Assembly: GCA_964651505.1 (NCBI GenBank)
Contig: CAZYXT010000001.1
Location: forward strand, 499 to 64,498
Reading direction: 5' to 3'
DNA: 64,000 bases
Source of the DNA: an uncultured Enterobacterales bacterium
Lineage (GTDB): Bacteria > Pseudomonadota > Gammaproteobacteria > Enterobacterales > Succinivibrionaceae
Below, piece after piece: positions 22,879 through 31,994 of this stretch. Numbering within the stretch: the stretch's first letter is position 1; each line of letters starts with the position of its first letter. The notes below the pieces were generated by a model, which was not told the origin of the DNA, searched no databases, and saw nothing but the letters and a program-made list of their open reading frames with translations. The position numbers were made by a program, and so were the translations under genes.

Positions 22879-23598
22879 TTAAATCTTTTGGGGCTCTTTC
22901 TTTTCCACAAAATCTTTGGGCTGCTCGACGACGGGCTCGTCATCCTCATCTGAGATCTTGATCTCAGGCTTGGCGATTGTCTTGGGAGTCTCCTCGAGTC
23001 CGTCATCCTCTTGAGCCTCTTTGGGGGCCTCTTCCTTGGCTTTGGCCTTCTTGGGGGCAGGCTCCTCCTCAGGCTCGCTCTCCTGACGTGCCTTGCTCTT
23101 GGCCTCAGGCTCCTCTGCCTCCTTAATCTTGGCAGGCTCGGCCTTCTTTTCCTTTTTGATCTCTTCGACCTGCGCGCCCTCATCCTCGGTTTGGGCAGCC
23201 ATGGACTTGGCCTCTTGCTCGTCAATGGTGGCCGTGATGTCGGATACCTGTTCCTTTAGGGCCATCAGGCTTTCCTTCAAGGATTTCTTGGAAGAGCCTG
23301 AAACCCTGGTCAGGTTGTCGAGCCTGAAGCAGTCGGCATCGGGGGACAGGCCGCGGCAGGCATCTGACATATAGCGGGCAAAATCTATATAGCTCTTGGT
23401 CAACTGATTGAACTTCTCGTCAGAACCTGAGAAAAACTCCTCAAGACGGCGGTGGGCGGTGGCCAGATCGCGTTTGTAGCGGGTCAGCTCATCTTGGATC
23501 TTATGTTTGGATGAGAACCTGGTTACAAACAGGTATGTGACGATGCCGCCGGCCAAAAAACCGACAACGAGAGACAAAGAGATATGCATCAAATCCAT
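22879..23598 (-). CDS. zapG: ZapG/YhcB-family (DUF1043) inner-membrane protein with a long Glu/Lys-rich C-terminal extension
   Basis: N-terminal TM segment plus a coiled-coil region, aligning by pattern to E. coli YhcB (recalled from memory). Adjacent to degQ-degS. About 110 extra low-complexity E/K/P/A residues at the C terminus. Confidence 0.65.
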   Translation of the reverse strand: MDLMHISLSLVVGFLAGGIVTYLFVTRFSSKHKIQDELTRYKRDLATAHRRLEEFFSGSDEKFNQLTKSYIDFARYMSDACRGLSPDADCFRLDNLTRVSGSSKKSLKESLMALKEQVSDITATIDEQEAKSMAAQTEDEGAQVEEIKKEKKAEPAKIKEAEEPEAKSKARQESEPEEEPAPKKAKAKEEAPKEAQEDDGLEETPKTIAKPEIKISDEDDEPVVEQPKDFVEKKEPQKI

Positions 23599-24289
23599 TT
23601 TAAAATTCTCGTAAACCAAAAGTTATTGTTAAATGCGGTATTGCCTTAATTATATCGCATAGAAGACCCCGCAATTAAGTTGATTTGCGCCTCGTTTTAC
23701 GCAAAAAACCATCGTGCCTGCAATGATTTAAGTTTAGGGGCGCACACTTAGCTTTATCTTAGGTTCAAGAATCTTTAAAGGATAAAATCAAAGGCAGGAT
23801 CCAAAGTTAAAAAGGGCGCAAGGCGCCTTGCAAAAACTTAAGGATTACGGATAAGAGATAGCAGGATCTTTTCTTAAAATTTGGCGCCGCGCTTGCAGCC
23901 TTTAATTTAAGGAAAATATTTAAATGCAGGCCTTTTAAAATCATGCTCACAAAGCCCGTGAGGGCATTTTAAGAGCAGGGGGCCCTGTTTGAAAGCGCCG
24001 GGAGATCCTTTTTGCACAGATTGCTTGAGAGTGATCTTCCGGGGAAAGAATATGAATGTCCTCATGCCCGGGAGGGCTTGTTTGCGCGTCTTAATTCATT
24101 TTTAAGACGCAGATTCAGAACAAGTTCGTCATCAAACCGGCCTGAGGCTGCCCGGGCGGTGCTGCCTGCAAAGCCTAAGAGGGCGGCAGCCAAGATAATA
24201 TTTTCTTGCTTTGCATGGCTGTCCCCTCGGCATTAAGCCTTATCTTGCCGGTTTGCCTTTTTATTGCCACAATCATCACCTCGCGCATC

Positions 24290-25020
24290 AGCGCCAAAAT
24301 GACAGAGGCCGGTTTGCTTTATCGCGACTCTTGCGGAGACATCATGCTCATCAACAAACTTGAATTGCATCAGGGCCGGGTCAAAGATCCCAGACCGCAT
24401 GAGCGCTTTGTGGCGTGGATCCATCCTGATGCGGCGGAAAGATGGGAGAGGCTTGACCTTAAGATCGGCCTTTTGGAGTGTTTCAAGCAGTGCTCTTGCA
24501 ATCATTGCAATTTGCTGCGCCTTGACAGCGAAAGCTTCGCAACCTTTATCAAGATGTGCGCCGTCTGTACGATGCCGAGCAGTCTCATTGCGAAGGAGCG
24601 CATGAGCAAGTCTTGGTGCAGGCGCCGGGGCTTGAGATCCTGATCATGGTCAACAAGTGCTATTAAAACCCTCTGTCGCTGTCGCGCGGCTTGAACAGGT
24701 TCCCCTATCAAAGAATGGAAGAGGTGGCGGACTTCATCAATCAGAATCTGAGCGAGCCCATCAGCCCGGACATGCTCGCAGGGCGCTTTAAGATGAGCAA
24801 GTTTTAATTGTCGAGGATCTTCAAGAGTACGCAGGACAAAGCCTGTATCACTTTGTCTTAAGCAAAAGGCTTTTGCAGGCGCGCCATTTCATCGACAACG
24901 GCATGAGTCCGACCCGCGCCTCCCTTGAGGCGGGGGTTTGCGATCACTCAAATTTTGCCAAGGCCTTCAAACGCTGCTACGGCGTCGCCCCGAGCAAGGA
25001 TGCGCAAAGCAGGAGCGATG
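24290..25020 (+). pseudogene. AraC/XylS-family regulator pseudogene (boundaries approximate)
   Basis: The AraC HTH region reads EEVADFINQNLSEPISPDMLAGRFKMSKF*LSRIFK | EYAGQSLYHFVLSKRLLQARHFIDNGMSPTRASLEAGVCDHSNFAKAFKRCYGVAPS. In-frame TAA at 24664-24666 and at 24805-24807. A 1-nt frame change near 24825. Confidence 0.8.
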
Positions 25021-25021
25021 A

Positions 25022-26212
25022 TCAAGAGGCCGCTTTCAAGTCAACATCGCACCCTGCTAACCTGCGTTTTTGGATCTCGGATCTGATAACGGGGGTTCCT
25101 GCCAAGAGCAAGATTATCGCCACCAGGGGCACGAACATGGCGTTCATGAGGCCCCATTGCGATGCCAAAAATCCCAAGGCAGGAGGATAGATCAAAAGCC
25201 CGCTGTAGCCAAAAAAGGATACGGAAGCGGCAGCGGTGCCCGCTCTTACTCCGGGCGTCGAGCCTGCCAGGCTCATGAGCAGCGGCACCGTCGCGGCCAT
25301 GCCCAAGCCTGTGATGCAGTAAGCAATCAGGACGGCGTAAGGGCTTTTAAAAACATGCACCAATGAAAATCCTGCCAGGGCAATAAGGGTGCTTAAAAGC
25401 AGCAATTTAAAGTCCCCAAGACGCGATCTCAATTTGTCTCCTGCAAGCCTGACGCATACGGTCATGGCGCAAAACCCGCCGTATGCCAAGGCAGCTATCC
25501 CCTGCGAGGCGCCTTTGACCTCATGCAAAACCAAGCCGCCCCACTCGCCAACCGAGCCTTCGACGGTGAAGGCCAAAAGACACATCAATCCGCAAAAGAT
25601 GATAAAAAAGGGCAGGCGCGCCTTGCCTTTGTCATAGCCCGAGGGAGCCTGAGCAGGCGCCTTATCGTCGAGCAGATAGGATGACAAAAAGAACACGGGC
25701 ACAAGGCAGATGAAAGATGCGATGGCAAAGTTTGACAGCAAGGAAGTTTCAAACCTTGCAAACGCGGCACCGCCAATCGATCCCAACACTCCGCCTAAGT
25801 TATAGCCTGCATGCAGGCGCTGCAAATAATGCCTGCCTGTTGCAATCTCCAAGCTTACGGCCTGCGTGTTCATGCTCACATCGACATAAGAGAGGGCAAG
25901 GCCGATGGCGAAAAAGACTGCGCACAAAGAAACAAGATCAGGGCACAAGGCTGCAAGGGGCAGGCACAAAAGCATGGCCGCCGAGGCGATGACAATCAGT
26001 CTTTTGGAACTTAGGACTTTAAAAATCAGGCTGACGCTGACAAATCCGCTCAAAGATCCTGCCCCCAGACACAACAACGAAAGCCCCACCCCGGCCTCAT
26101 CGATGCCTGCTTGGGCTTTCAAGGCCGGCATGCGCGAGGCGATTTGAGAATAGGCAATGCCTGAGATCAAGAAAAAGTACAGGCACGACAGAACAGGCGA
26201 TCTGAGTGTCAT
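25022..26212 (-). CDS. MFS transporter
   Basis: About 12 hydrophobic segments with a Gly/Ala-rich MFS-like profile. No specific substrate signature recognised. Confidence 0.65.
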   Translation of the reverse strand: MTLRSPVLSCLYFFLISGIAYSQIASRMPALKAQAGIDEAGVGLSLLCLGAGSLSGFVSVSLIFKVLSSKRLIVIASAAMLLCLPLAALCPDLVSLCAVFFAIGLALSYVDVSMNTQAVSLEIATGRHYLQRLHAGYNLGGVLGSIGGAAFARFETSLLSNFAIASFICLVPVFFLSSYLLDDKAPAQAPSGYDKGKARLPFFIIFCGLMCLLAFTVEGSVGEWGGLVLHEVKGASQGIAALAYGGFCAMTVCVRLAGDKLRSRLGDFKLLLLSTLIALAGFSLVHVFKSPYAVLIAYCITGLGMAATVPLLMSLAGSTPGVRAGTAAASVSFFGYSGLLIYPPALGFLASQWGLMNAMFVPLVAIILLLAGTPVIRSEIQKRRLAGCDVDLKAAS

Positions 26213-26283
26213 AAACTTTCCTTTCTGCCAAAAATCTAAGCTTGGGGACGGCATGTTTTTTATAGAAAAATAATTCTACATAT

Positions 26284-26640
26284 TTAATCTGCTGTTTGAT
26301 TGAGCTTTTTTTGCATCAGCTCCTCATGCTCTGCGCCCCACTGAATCATAGCGTCGATAATGGGCAGCAAGGAGCGGCCTTCGGGGGTGAGGGAATATTC
26401 GGTGTGAGGCGGGATCTCAAAGAAAACGGTGCGCTCAATCAGCCCGTCTTCTGCCATCTCTTTTAAACATTGGGCAATGACGCGCTCGGAGGCCCCGGGC
26501 AGCCGCCGCTGCAAGATGGAAGGGCGCAGGGGACGGCCGCGCAGCTCGTCTAAAATGCAGGTTTTCCACTTGGAGCCGATGAGGCTTAAGGTGAATCTTA
26601 AAGGACAGGATAAATCTAAAGGACGCTTGCGTCTGTACAT
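26284..26640 (-). CDS. HxlR-family winged-helix transcriptional regulator
   Basis: CPLRFTLSLIGSKWKTCILDEL...RRLPGASERVIAQCLKEMAEDGLIER is the HxlR/DUF24 signature. Size 118 aa. Confidence 0.85.
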   Translation of the reverse strand: MYRRKRPLDLSCPLRFTLSLIGSKWKTCILDELRGRPLRPSILQRRLPGASERVIAQCLKEMAEDGLIERTVFFEIPPHTEYSLTPEGRSLLPIIDAMIQWGAEHEELMQKKLNQTAD

Positions 26641-27012
26641 GCCGTGCCCGCCAAATCTTGAGTTTGTGATGCTGCCATTGTAGTGAGGAGTCTGTGCTTG
26701 GGGTAGTACCTGACAAAATAATCAGTACCGCCCGATGAGGCGGCAAGAAGAGCAATCCCCATACCCCCAAAAAGGCCATTTAAAATGCGCTTTTATACAT
26801 GCAGGGACGAGGTTGCGCCCGGCTAAAAAGTGCCCGATTTTTTGGGCAGATTTGCGATTTTTTCTTTATCTTGGCCTGTGTATCCTGTATAATTTTCGGG
26901 CCCCTCTGGTCTGAGAGCGGTTTTCCCACCCGTGTTTCAGACGGCGGAAAGTTTTGCTTTCTGTTTTGTTGGAGATTTTACAGGACTTTGGTCCTTATCA
27001 TAGGGTTATTTA

Positions 27013-27441
27013 ATGAAGACTTATGTTGCCAAACCTTCGACCATCGAGCGCGAATGGTTTGTTGTTGACGCAGATGGTCAGACCTTAGGCCGTCTGGCTG
27101 CCGAAGTTGCCAAGCGCCTGCGCGGAAAGCACAAGCCCGAGTACACCCCCTTCATGGACACGGGTGACTATATCATTGTCATCAATGCCTCCAAGGTAAA
27201 GGTTACCGGACGCAAACACTCTGACAAGGTTTATTACCACCACACCGGCTATCCCGGGGGCATCAAGTCAGAGACCTTTGACAAGCTGCTTGCCCGCAAG
27301 CCCGAGGCTGTCATTGAAAAGGCTGTTCGCGGCATGCTCCCGAAGGGACCGCTGGGCCGCGCTATGTTCCGCAAACTCAAAGTCTATGCCGGCGGGAGCC
27401 ACAATCATGGTGCTCAGAAGCCTCAGGAATTAAAGTTTTAA
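27013..27441 (+). CDS. rplM: 50S ribosomal protein L13
   Basis: [29 protein letters not shown]... is a highly conserved L13 sequence. Confidence 0.97.
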   Translation: MKTYVAKPSTIEREWFVVDADGQTLGRLAAEVAKRLRGKHKPEYTPFMDTGDYIIVINASKVKVTGRKHSDKVYYHHTGYPGGIKSETFDKLLARKPEAVIEKAVRGMLPKGPLGRAMFRKLKVYAGGSHNHGAQKPQELKF

Positions 27442-27454
27442 AGGAGCGTAGAAG

Positions 27455-27847
27455 ATGGCTGTTAATCAATACTACGGCACCGGTCGCCGCAAGAGCTCAA
27501 CTGCCCGTGTTTTCATCAAGCAGGGCACCGGCAATATGACCATCAATGGCCGTTCATTAGAAGAGTATTTTGGTCGTCCTACCGCCCGCATGGTCGTAGA
27601 TCAACCTTTGCAGCTTTTGGAAGTAAAGGACAAATTTGACATCTACATCACCGTCAAAGGCGGCGGCACTTCCGGCCAGGCCGGCGCTATCCGCCACGGT
27701 TTGACCCGCGCCCTGATCGACTATGACGAGTCCTTCCGTGCTCCTCTGCGCGCCGCAGGTTACGTAACCCGCGATGCCAGAAGCGTTGAGCGCAAGAAGG
27801 TCGGTCTGCACAAGGCCCGCAAGCGTCCTCAATACTCAAAGCGTTAA
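27455..27847 (+). CDS. rpsI: 30S ribosomal protein S9
   Basis: [15 protein letters not shown]...[13 protein letters not shown]...[18 protein letters not shown] is the conserved S9 sequence. Confidence 0.97.
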   Translation: MAVNQYYGTGRRKSSTARVFIKQGTGNMTINGRSLEEYFGRPTARMVVDQPLQLLEVKDKFDIYITVKGGGTSGQAGAIRHGLTRALIDYDESFRAPLRAAGYVTRDARSVERKKVGLHKARKRPQYSKR

Positions 27848-27868
27848 TCTGCAACGCTGCATGCAAGG

Positions 27869-27900
27869 CCCCTGCATTGTCAGGGGTTTTGTTTTTGTTT
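27869..27900 (+). terminator. Rho-independent terminator after rpsI
   Basis: CCCCTG-cattgt-CAGGGG hairpin followed by TTTTGTTTTTGTTTT. Confidence 0.8.
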
Positions 27901-27928
27901 TCTCAAAAAGTCCCCGCTGTCCTATAAT
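27900..27928 (+). promoter_or_regulatory. Candidate sigma-70 promoter for sspB
   Basis: TTCTCA -35, 17-nt spacer, perfect TATAAT -10 at 27923-27928. About 35 nt upstream of the sspB GTG. Confidence 0.45.
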
Positions 27929-27963
27929 GATTGCATCCCGACGAACGTTTTACAGGAGATGTT

Positions 27964-28620
27964 GTGATTACCTCCAAATTCAACGGCTTTAACCCCTACA
28001 TTTTTAAAGCCTACTACGATTATATTGTCGATCACGATGACATTCCCCATCTGCTGGTCAATCCCCGTTTTGAGGGCACGGTTCTGCCTTCGCAGTTTTC
28101 GGCGGCCGAAGAGCTGATCTTGTCGGTGTCACCCAACGCGGTGCGCGGCTTTGTGATCGGGGCTAAGGGACTGTCTTTTGACACCAAGTTTTCAGGCAGG
28201 ATCTTCTCGGTATTCCTCCCTTACGGCTGCATCTATGAGATCATCGCCACCGAATCGAAGATAGCCATTCCCATCCGCGTGTTCTTTGTCTCGGGCGCCG
28301 ATGACGAAGAGGATGAAGAAACCGCGCCCAAAGGCTCGATGCAGGGCAATGACAGCGATGGCTTTGAGATTTTTAGCGAAAACCCGGCCTCATCAACTTC
28401 CAAGGCAGAGTCAGGCCCTCAAGATCCTGCCTTGCAAACACAAGGGCAAACTGCGGATGCGCCAGGGCCGTCTCAAGAAGGTCACGCACCCGATGATCCA
28501 AAAACCGAAGCTGACTCCTCGGCCCCTCAAAGCCCTGGACAGACTGAGGACAAACAAGAGGATATCAAGGGCGATAAGGATCCCTCCGATAACGGCGAGC
28601 CTGACTTTACCATCGTTTAG
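27964..28620 (+). CDS. sspB: ClpXP adaptor, stringent starvation protein B
   Basis: N-terminal SspB fold (PYIFKAYYDYIVDHDDIPHLLVNP...LSVSPNAVRGF), then a long acidic/Pro-rich linker and a short hydrophobic C-terminal tail. AGGAG RBS 5 nt before GTG 27964. Confidence 0.8.
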   Translation: MITSKFNGFNPYIFKAYYDYIVDHDDIPHLLVNPRFEGTVLPSQFSAAEELILSVSPNAVRGFVIGAKGLSFDTKFSGRIFSVFLPYGCIYEIIATESKIAIPIRVFFVSGADDEEDEETAPKGSMQGNDSDGFEIFSENPASSTSKAESGPQDPALQTQGQTADAPGPSQEGHAPDDPKTEADSSAPQSPGQTEDKQEDIKGDKDPSDNGEPDFTIV

Positions 28621-28704
28621 GAGGGCACTGCCCCCTCTTTGAGATCTTTACAATAAAAACCCGGGACTTGTGCCCAGGGTTTTGCCTTCTTTTGGAGAAG
28701 TATT

Positions 28705-30471
28705 TTATCTATGCTGCCCCAAGGTGACCCACATCGGAGCGCTTTCGAGGCGGCCGCCGCTGCCGATCCTGATGTCGCCGCTTAAGCCGTGCAGGACATC
28801 AGAGCTGTTTTGCAGGAGCGCATCGAGGTTCAATGCTGTCGCAAGGCTGTCATAGCCTGAGGCAAAGATCCTTTGCACCTGTGCATCGGCCTTGGGAATG
28901 TTTTGCATCATGGCCTCTTTAAGATCGCTGTCGATCAAAAGCCAGGGCATGTCCCCAAGCTTGGCCCCGTAGAGGCTGACCATCAAAGAGGAATTGTTGA
29001 CTCCCTGATAGCTCTGATCGGTCAAATAAACGCTCTTTTGCGATAAGAGCAGGGGTTTGACCTCCGAGGCTTCCATGGCCGTGCCGCTTATGTAAAAGCT
29101 GTCGGAGCCGTCAAGATTGCACCTTTGCACCGAAGTTTTGACATCATTGAGATCGGTGTAGGCACACATGACGGGCGCCGCTCCCGTCTGAGCGCGCCAT
29201 TGGTCTGCAAAAGCCCCTGCAGCGCGGGATGAGCGCGAGTTTTGAGCGCTTATTACCTGAGGGCGGCGATGGCCGTCGGCGAAGATCTTGGAGGCAGCAA
29301 GCCTGCCTTCATATTCGGGGCTCAGATCAAAATACCAGGTGCTGCCCTGAAGACCCCCCGATGCGCTGTTGAGCAAAATGGCGGGGATTTTAAGGTTTAG
29401 TCCCAAGTAGGCATCAACCTCGGGCTTTAACAGAGGACCAATCACAAAATTGGCAGGATTGTGCTTAAGCTTCGCTGCAATCTGCTCCATGCTCATGGCA
29501 TTGGTGTCATAGAACACCACTTTAATCTTGGGCTTAAAATCGTTTAACGCCGCCAAGATCCCAAGGCGCGCAGGCTCGCCTGCGTGAGAGGCAAAGCGCC
29601 CCGACAGGGGCAGCAGCACGGCTAATGTGTCCCCATCCTTTAAGCCCAAAGAAGGCAGGGCTTGTGAGATCTGCTGTTGGGGGTCAGATTTTATCGTGCC
29701 CTGCAAGGCGCCCAAATCTGCATCTGCCAAGGCAATCAAGGGGTGGGCGGGGTAATGCTCTTTGAAAGTTCCCAAAAGTTTGACCTTAAGATCGGCATTT
29801 TGGGTGCCGTCGATGATGGCATACTCGTAATAGCCTCTATCCTCTTCGTTGCGGGCCGTGTTTTGCAGCACTGACAATTGGGAGGTGGGGTAGCGCTTGA
29901 GCAGGTTTACAGAAGTTCTCAAAACCTGCAGGCGGCCGCTCCGGTCCACCATAAGATACAAAGATTTTTGCGATTCAAAAGCGCGACCCAGGTAATCGGC
30001 GTTGCCGCTTTCTTGGTAGAGATTTTCAAGCACCCTGGTGTTTAACTGATAATAATAAGAGGCAAGCTGTCCTTCAAAGGCCAGTTCGTTTACCGAGGTC
30101 AGATTGGTCATGGCCGCAATGAAGTTGCGCTGTTGGGCGTATCCCAAGGCTTCGATGACCTTAATCTCATCGTTTTGCAAAGGGGTAACGGCAAGTCCCT
30201 TAAGCAAAGCTAAAGTGGCAGCGGCATCGGCACCGGACACGATTTGGGCGCGGGCAAGCAGGATCAGGGCATTAAACCTGTTCTCCTCGCCTGCTGCGGC
30301 GCTTAAGTTTTGATAATAGGACAACGAGCGGTCCATGGGGGCAAAAGCCTGTGCCGTGGTGATGCTCTGCTGCGGGGCCGTCACGGTAGAGGTGCAGGCG
30401 CTCAAAGCGGCACACATGGCAAGACAGAGGACTGTTGCTTTTTGTTTTTTAAATTTTGCGGTTGTCAACAC
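28705..30471 (-). CDS. lpoA: Penicillin-binding protein activator LpoA (outer-membrane lipoprotein)
   Basis: Lipobox LSAC. TPR-like N-terminal domain and a periplasmic-binding-protein-like C-terminal domain. Divergent from rsmI, as in E. coli (yraM/yraL). Confidence 0.75.
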   Translation of the reverse strand: MLTTAKFKKQKATVLCLAMCAALSACTSTVTAPQQSITTAQAFAPMDRSLSYYQNLSAAAGEENRFNALILLARAQIVSGADAAATLALLKGLAVTPLQNDEIKVIEALGYAQQRNFIAAMTNLTSVNELAFEGQLASYYYQLNTRVLENLYQESGNADYLGRAFESQKSLYLMVDRSGRLQVLRTSVNLLKRYPTSQLSVLQNTARNEEDRGYYEYAIIDGTQNADLKVKLLGTFKEHYPAHPLIALADADLGALQGTIKSDPQQQISQALPSLGLKDGDTLAVLLPLSGRFASHAGEPARLGILAALNDFKPKIKVVFYDTNAMSMEQIAAKLKHNPANFVIGPLLKPEVDAYLGLNLKIPAILLNSASGGLQGSTWYFDLSPEYEGRLAASKIFADGHRRPQVISAQNSRSSRAAGAFADQWRAQTGAAPVMCAYTDLNDVKTSVQRCNLDGSDSFYISGTAMEASEVKPLLLSQKSVYLTDQSYQGVNNSSLMVSLYGAKLGDMPWLLIDSDLKEAMMQNIPKADAQVQRIFASGYDSLATALNLDALLQNSSDVLHGLSGDIRIGSGGRLESAPMWVTLGQHR

Positions 30472-30549
30472 GGGGGGCCTCGTAACTCAAATAGCCTCGA
30501 ATAGGCTATAGTATAGCCTCTCTGAGGCAAATTTTTAAGCGAGGCAATC

Positions 30550-31398
30550 ATGCTGCAAAGCGCTTTGTACATCGTGCCCACCCCCATCGGCAACTTAAAA
30601 GACATCACGCTGAGGGCCCTTGAAGTTTTAAAGGAGGCCACCTTGGTGGCAGCCGAAGATACCCGCCACAGCAGGCTGCTGCTTGAGCATTACGACATCA
30701 ATCCGCCTAAGCTCATAAGCTGCCATAACTTTAACGAAGAACAAAGAGCGCAGCTGATTGCAGAGGAGATAGAAAACGGCGGCGCGGCCGCCTTGATCTC
30801 GGATGCGGGCACCCCTTTGATCTGCGACCCGGGGTTCAAGCTGGTGCGCGCCCTGTGCAAGCGCGGCCTGCAGGTCACCGCGCTGCCGGGGCCCTGCGCG
30901 GCCGTGACCGCTTTGTCGCTGGCAGGTCTTCCCACCGACGAGTTTTGCTTTAAAGGTTTTTTGCCCGTCAAAGAGCAGGAGTTAAAAGAGCACCTAAAAG
31001 AAATTGCAGATCTCTCCATGACCGTAGTCTGTTACGAGACCCCGCACCGCATTATGACCACCGCAGAGCACATCAGGGAAATTCTGGGGGACAGAACCGT
31101 GGTCTTGGCCCGCGAGCTTACCAAAACCTTCGAGACGGTCTATAGGGTGCAGGGCAAAGATCTGTGCGACTGCCTTAGAGCCGATCCCAACAGCACGCGC
31201 GGGGAATTTGTGCTTTTGATAGGTCCCAAGGAAGATGAAGATAAGGGACAAAAGGAGCTTGACCCAAAGGTTCTTAAGGCCTTATCCGATCTTTGTGCGG
31301 TCGCTCCCGTAAAACAGGTTGCCAAAAGCTTAAGCCTTGTCACCAATATTCGCGCCAATGTCCTGTACGAGGCGGCCTTAAAGCTCAAAATGCCTTAG
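30550..31398 (+). CDS. rsmI: 16S rRNA (cytidine1402-2'-O)-methyltransferase
   Basis: LYIVPTPIGNLKDITLRALEVLKEATLVAAEDTRHS N-terminal signature of RsmI (tetrapyrrole-methylase fold). Confidence 0.9.
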   Translation: MLQSALYIVPTPIGNLKDITLRALEVLKEATLVAAEDTRHSRLLLEHYDINPPKLISCHNFNEEQRAQLIAEEIENGGAAALISDAGTPLICDPGFKLVRALCKRGLQVTALPGPCAAVTALSLAGLPTDEFCFKGFLPVKEQELKEHLKEIADLSMTVVCYETPHRIMTTAEHIREILGDRTVVLARELTKTFETVYRVQGKDLCDCLRADPNSTRGEFVLLIGPKEDEDKGQKELDPKVLKALSDLCAVAPVKQVAKSLSLVTNIRANVLYEAALKLKMP

Positions 31399-31423
31399 CA
31401 TAAACCATGCAGGTTGCTATAAT
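31395..31423 (+). promoter_or_regulatory. Candidate sigma-70 promoter of rnpB
   Basis: TTAGCA, 17-nt spacer, TATAAT (31418-31423). This places the transcription start about 7 nt downstream, at the first base of the P1 helix. The -35 overlaps the rsmI stop codon. Confidence 0.6.
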
Positions 31424-31430
31424 ATGCCCT

Positions 31431-31805
31431 GCCAAGATTGCCGGGCAGCCGCTGCTTTGATGCGTGTTCGCATACGATCAAAGGAGAGGAAAGTCCGGGC
31501 TCCGCAGGGCAGGGTGCCAGGTAACGCCTGGGGGGCGCGAGCCTACGACCAGTGCAACAGAGAGCAGACCGCCGATGGCTTTTTAGCACAGGCAAGGGTG
31601 AAAGGGTGCGGCAAGAGCGCACCGCGTTGGCAGCAATGTTCAACGGCACGGTAAACTCCACCCGGAGCAAGATCAAATAGGCCTTCATGGGTACGGCCCG
31701 TACTGAAGGCGGGTAGATTGCTTGAGCGCAGCGGCGACGTTGCGCCTAGATGAATGGTTGCCGTCGCAAGACACAGAACCCGGCTTACAGGCAGTCTTGG
31801 CACCG
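31431..31805 (+). ncRNA. rnpB: RNase P RNA (bacterial type A, M1 RNA)
   Basis: Universal core read directly: GAGGAAAGTCCGGGCTCC, GGGCAGGGTGCCAGGTAACGCCTGGG, CAGTGCAACAGAGAGCA, GGTGAAAGGGTGCGG.AAGAGCGCACCG, GGTAAACTCCACCCGGAGCAAG, ACAGAACCCGGCTTA. The 5' CCAAGATTGCC pairs with the 3' GGCAGTCTTGG (P1). Confidence 0.97.
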
Positions 31806-31994
31806 CGCCCGGGCGCTTGCTTCCTCTTTTTGCGCTCGTTTTCAAAAAACGCTTCAAAAAACGTCAAAAGTGCGCGCTTTCGTCAGCTTTTTAAAAATCT
31901 TTAAGCCTTTTTCTTTAATATTTGCAAATTTTTGGTCTTTAGCAATTGGCGGATGCTCCGTTAAGTAAGTGATTGAATTTTGAGGAGAGCAGCC

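Noticed and set aside
22746-23225. 159-aa Arg/Lys/Pro-rich ORF on the minus strand overlapping the zapG tail
   Set aside because: It is the alternative-frame reading of purine-rich repetitive codons (GAG/AAG/GCC). It has no independent RBS. The zapG frame has recognisable homology, so this is a compositional artefact.
24061-24215. Minus-strand reading that resembles a small signal-peptide protein (MQSKK.. / ..NIILAAALLGFAGSTARAASG...)
   Set aside because: The start codon and the hydrophobic segment are in different frames, and the in-frame stretch has no start. It could be a frameshifted remnant, but the evidence is too thin to annotate.
26799-27068. 89-aa ORF overlapping the rplM start
   Set aside because: It lies in the rplM leader, overlaps the highly conserved rplM start in another frame, and has Cys/Phe-rich composition. 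Judged spurious.
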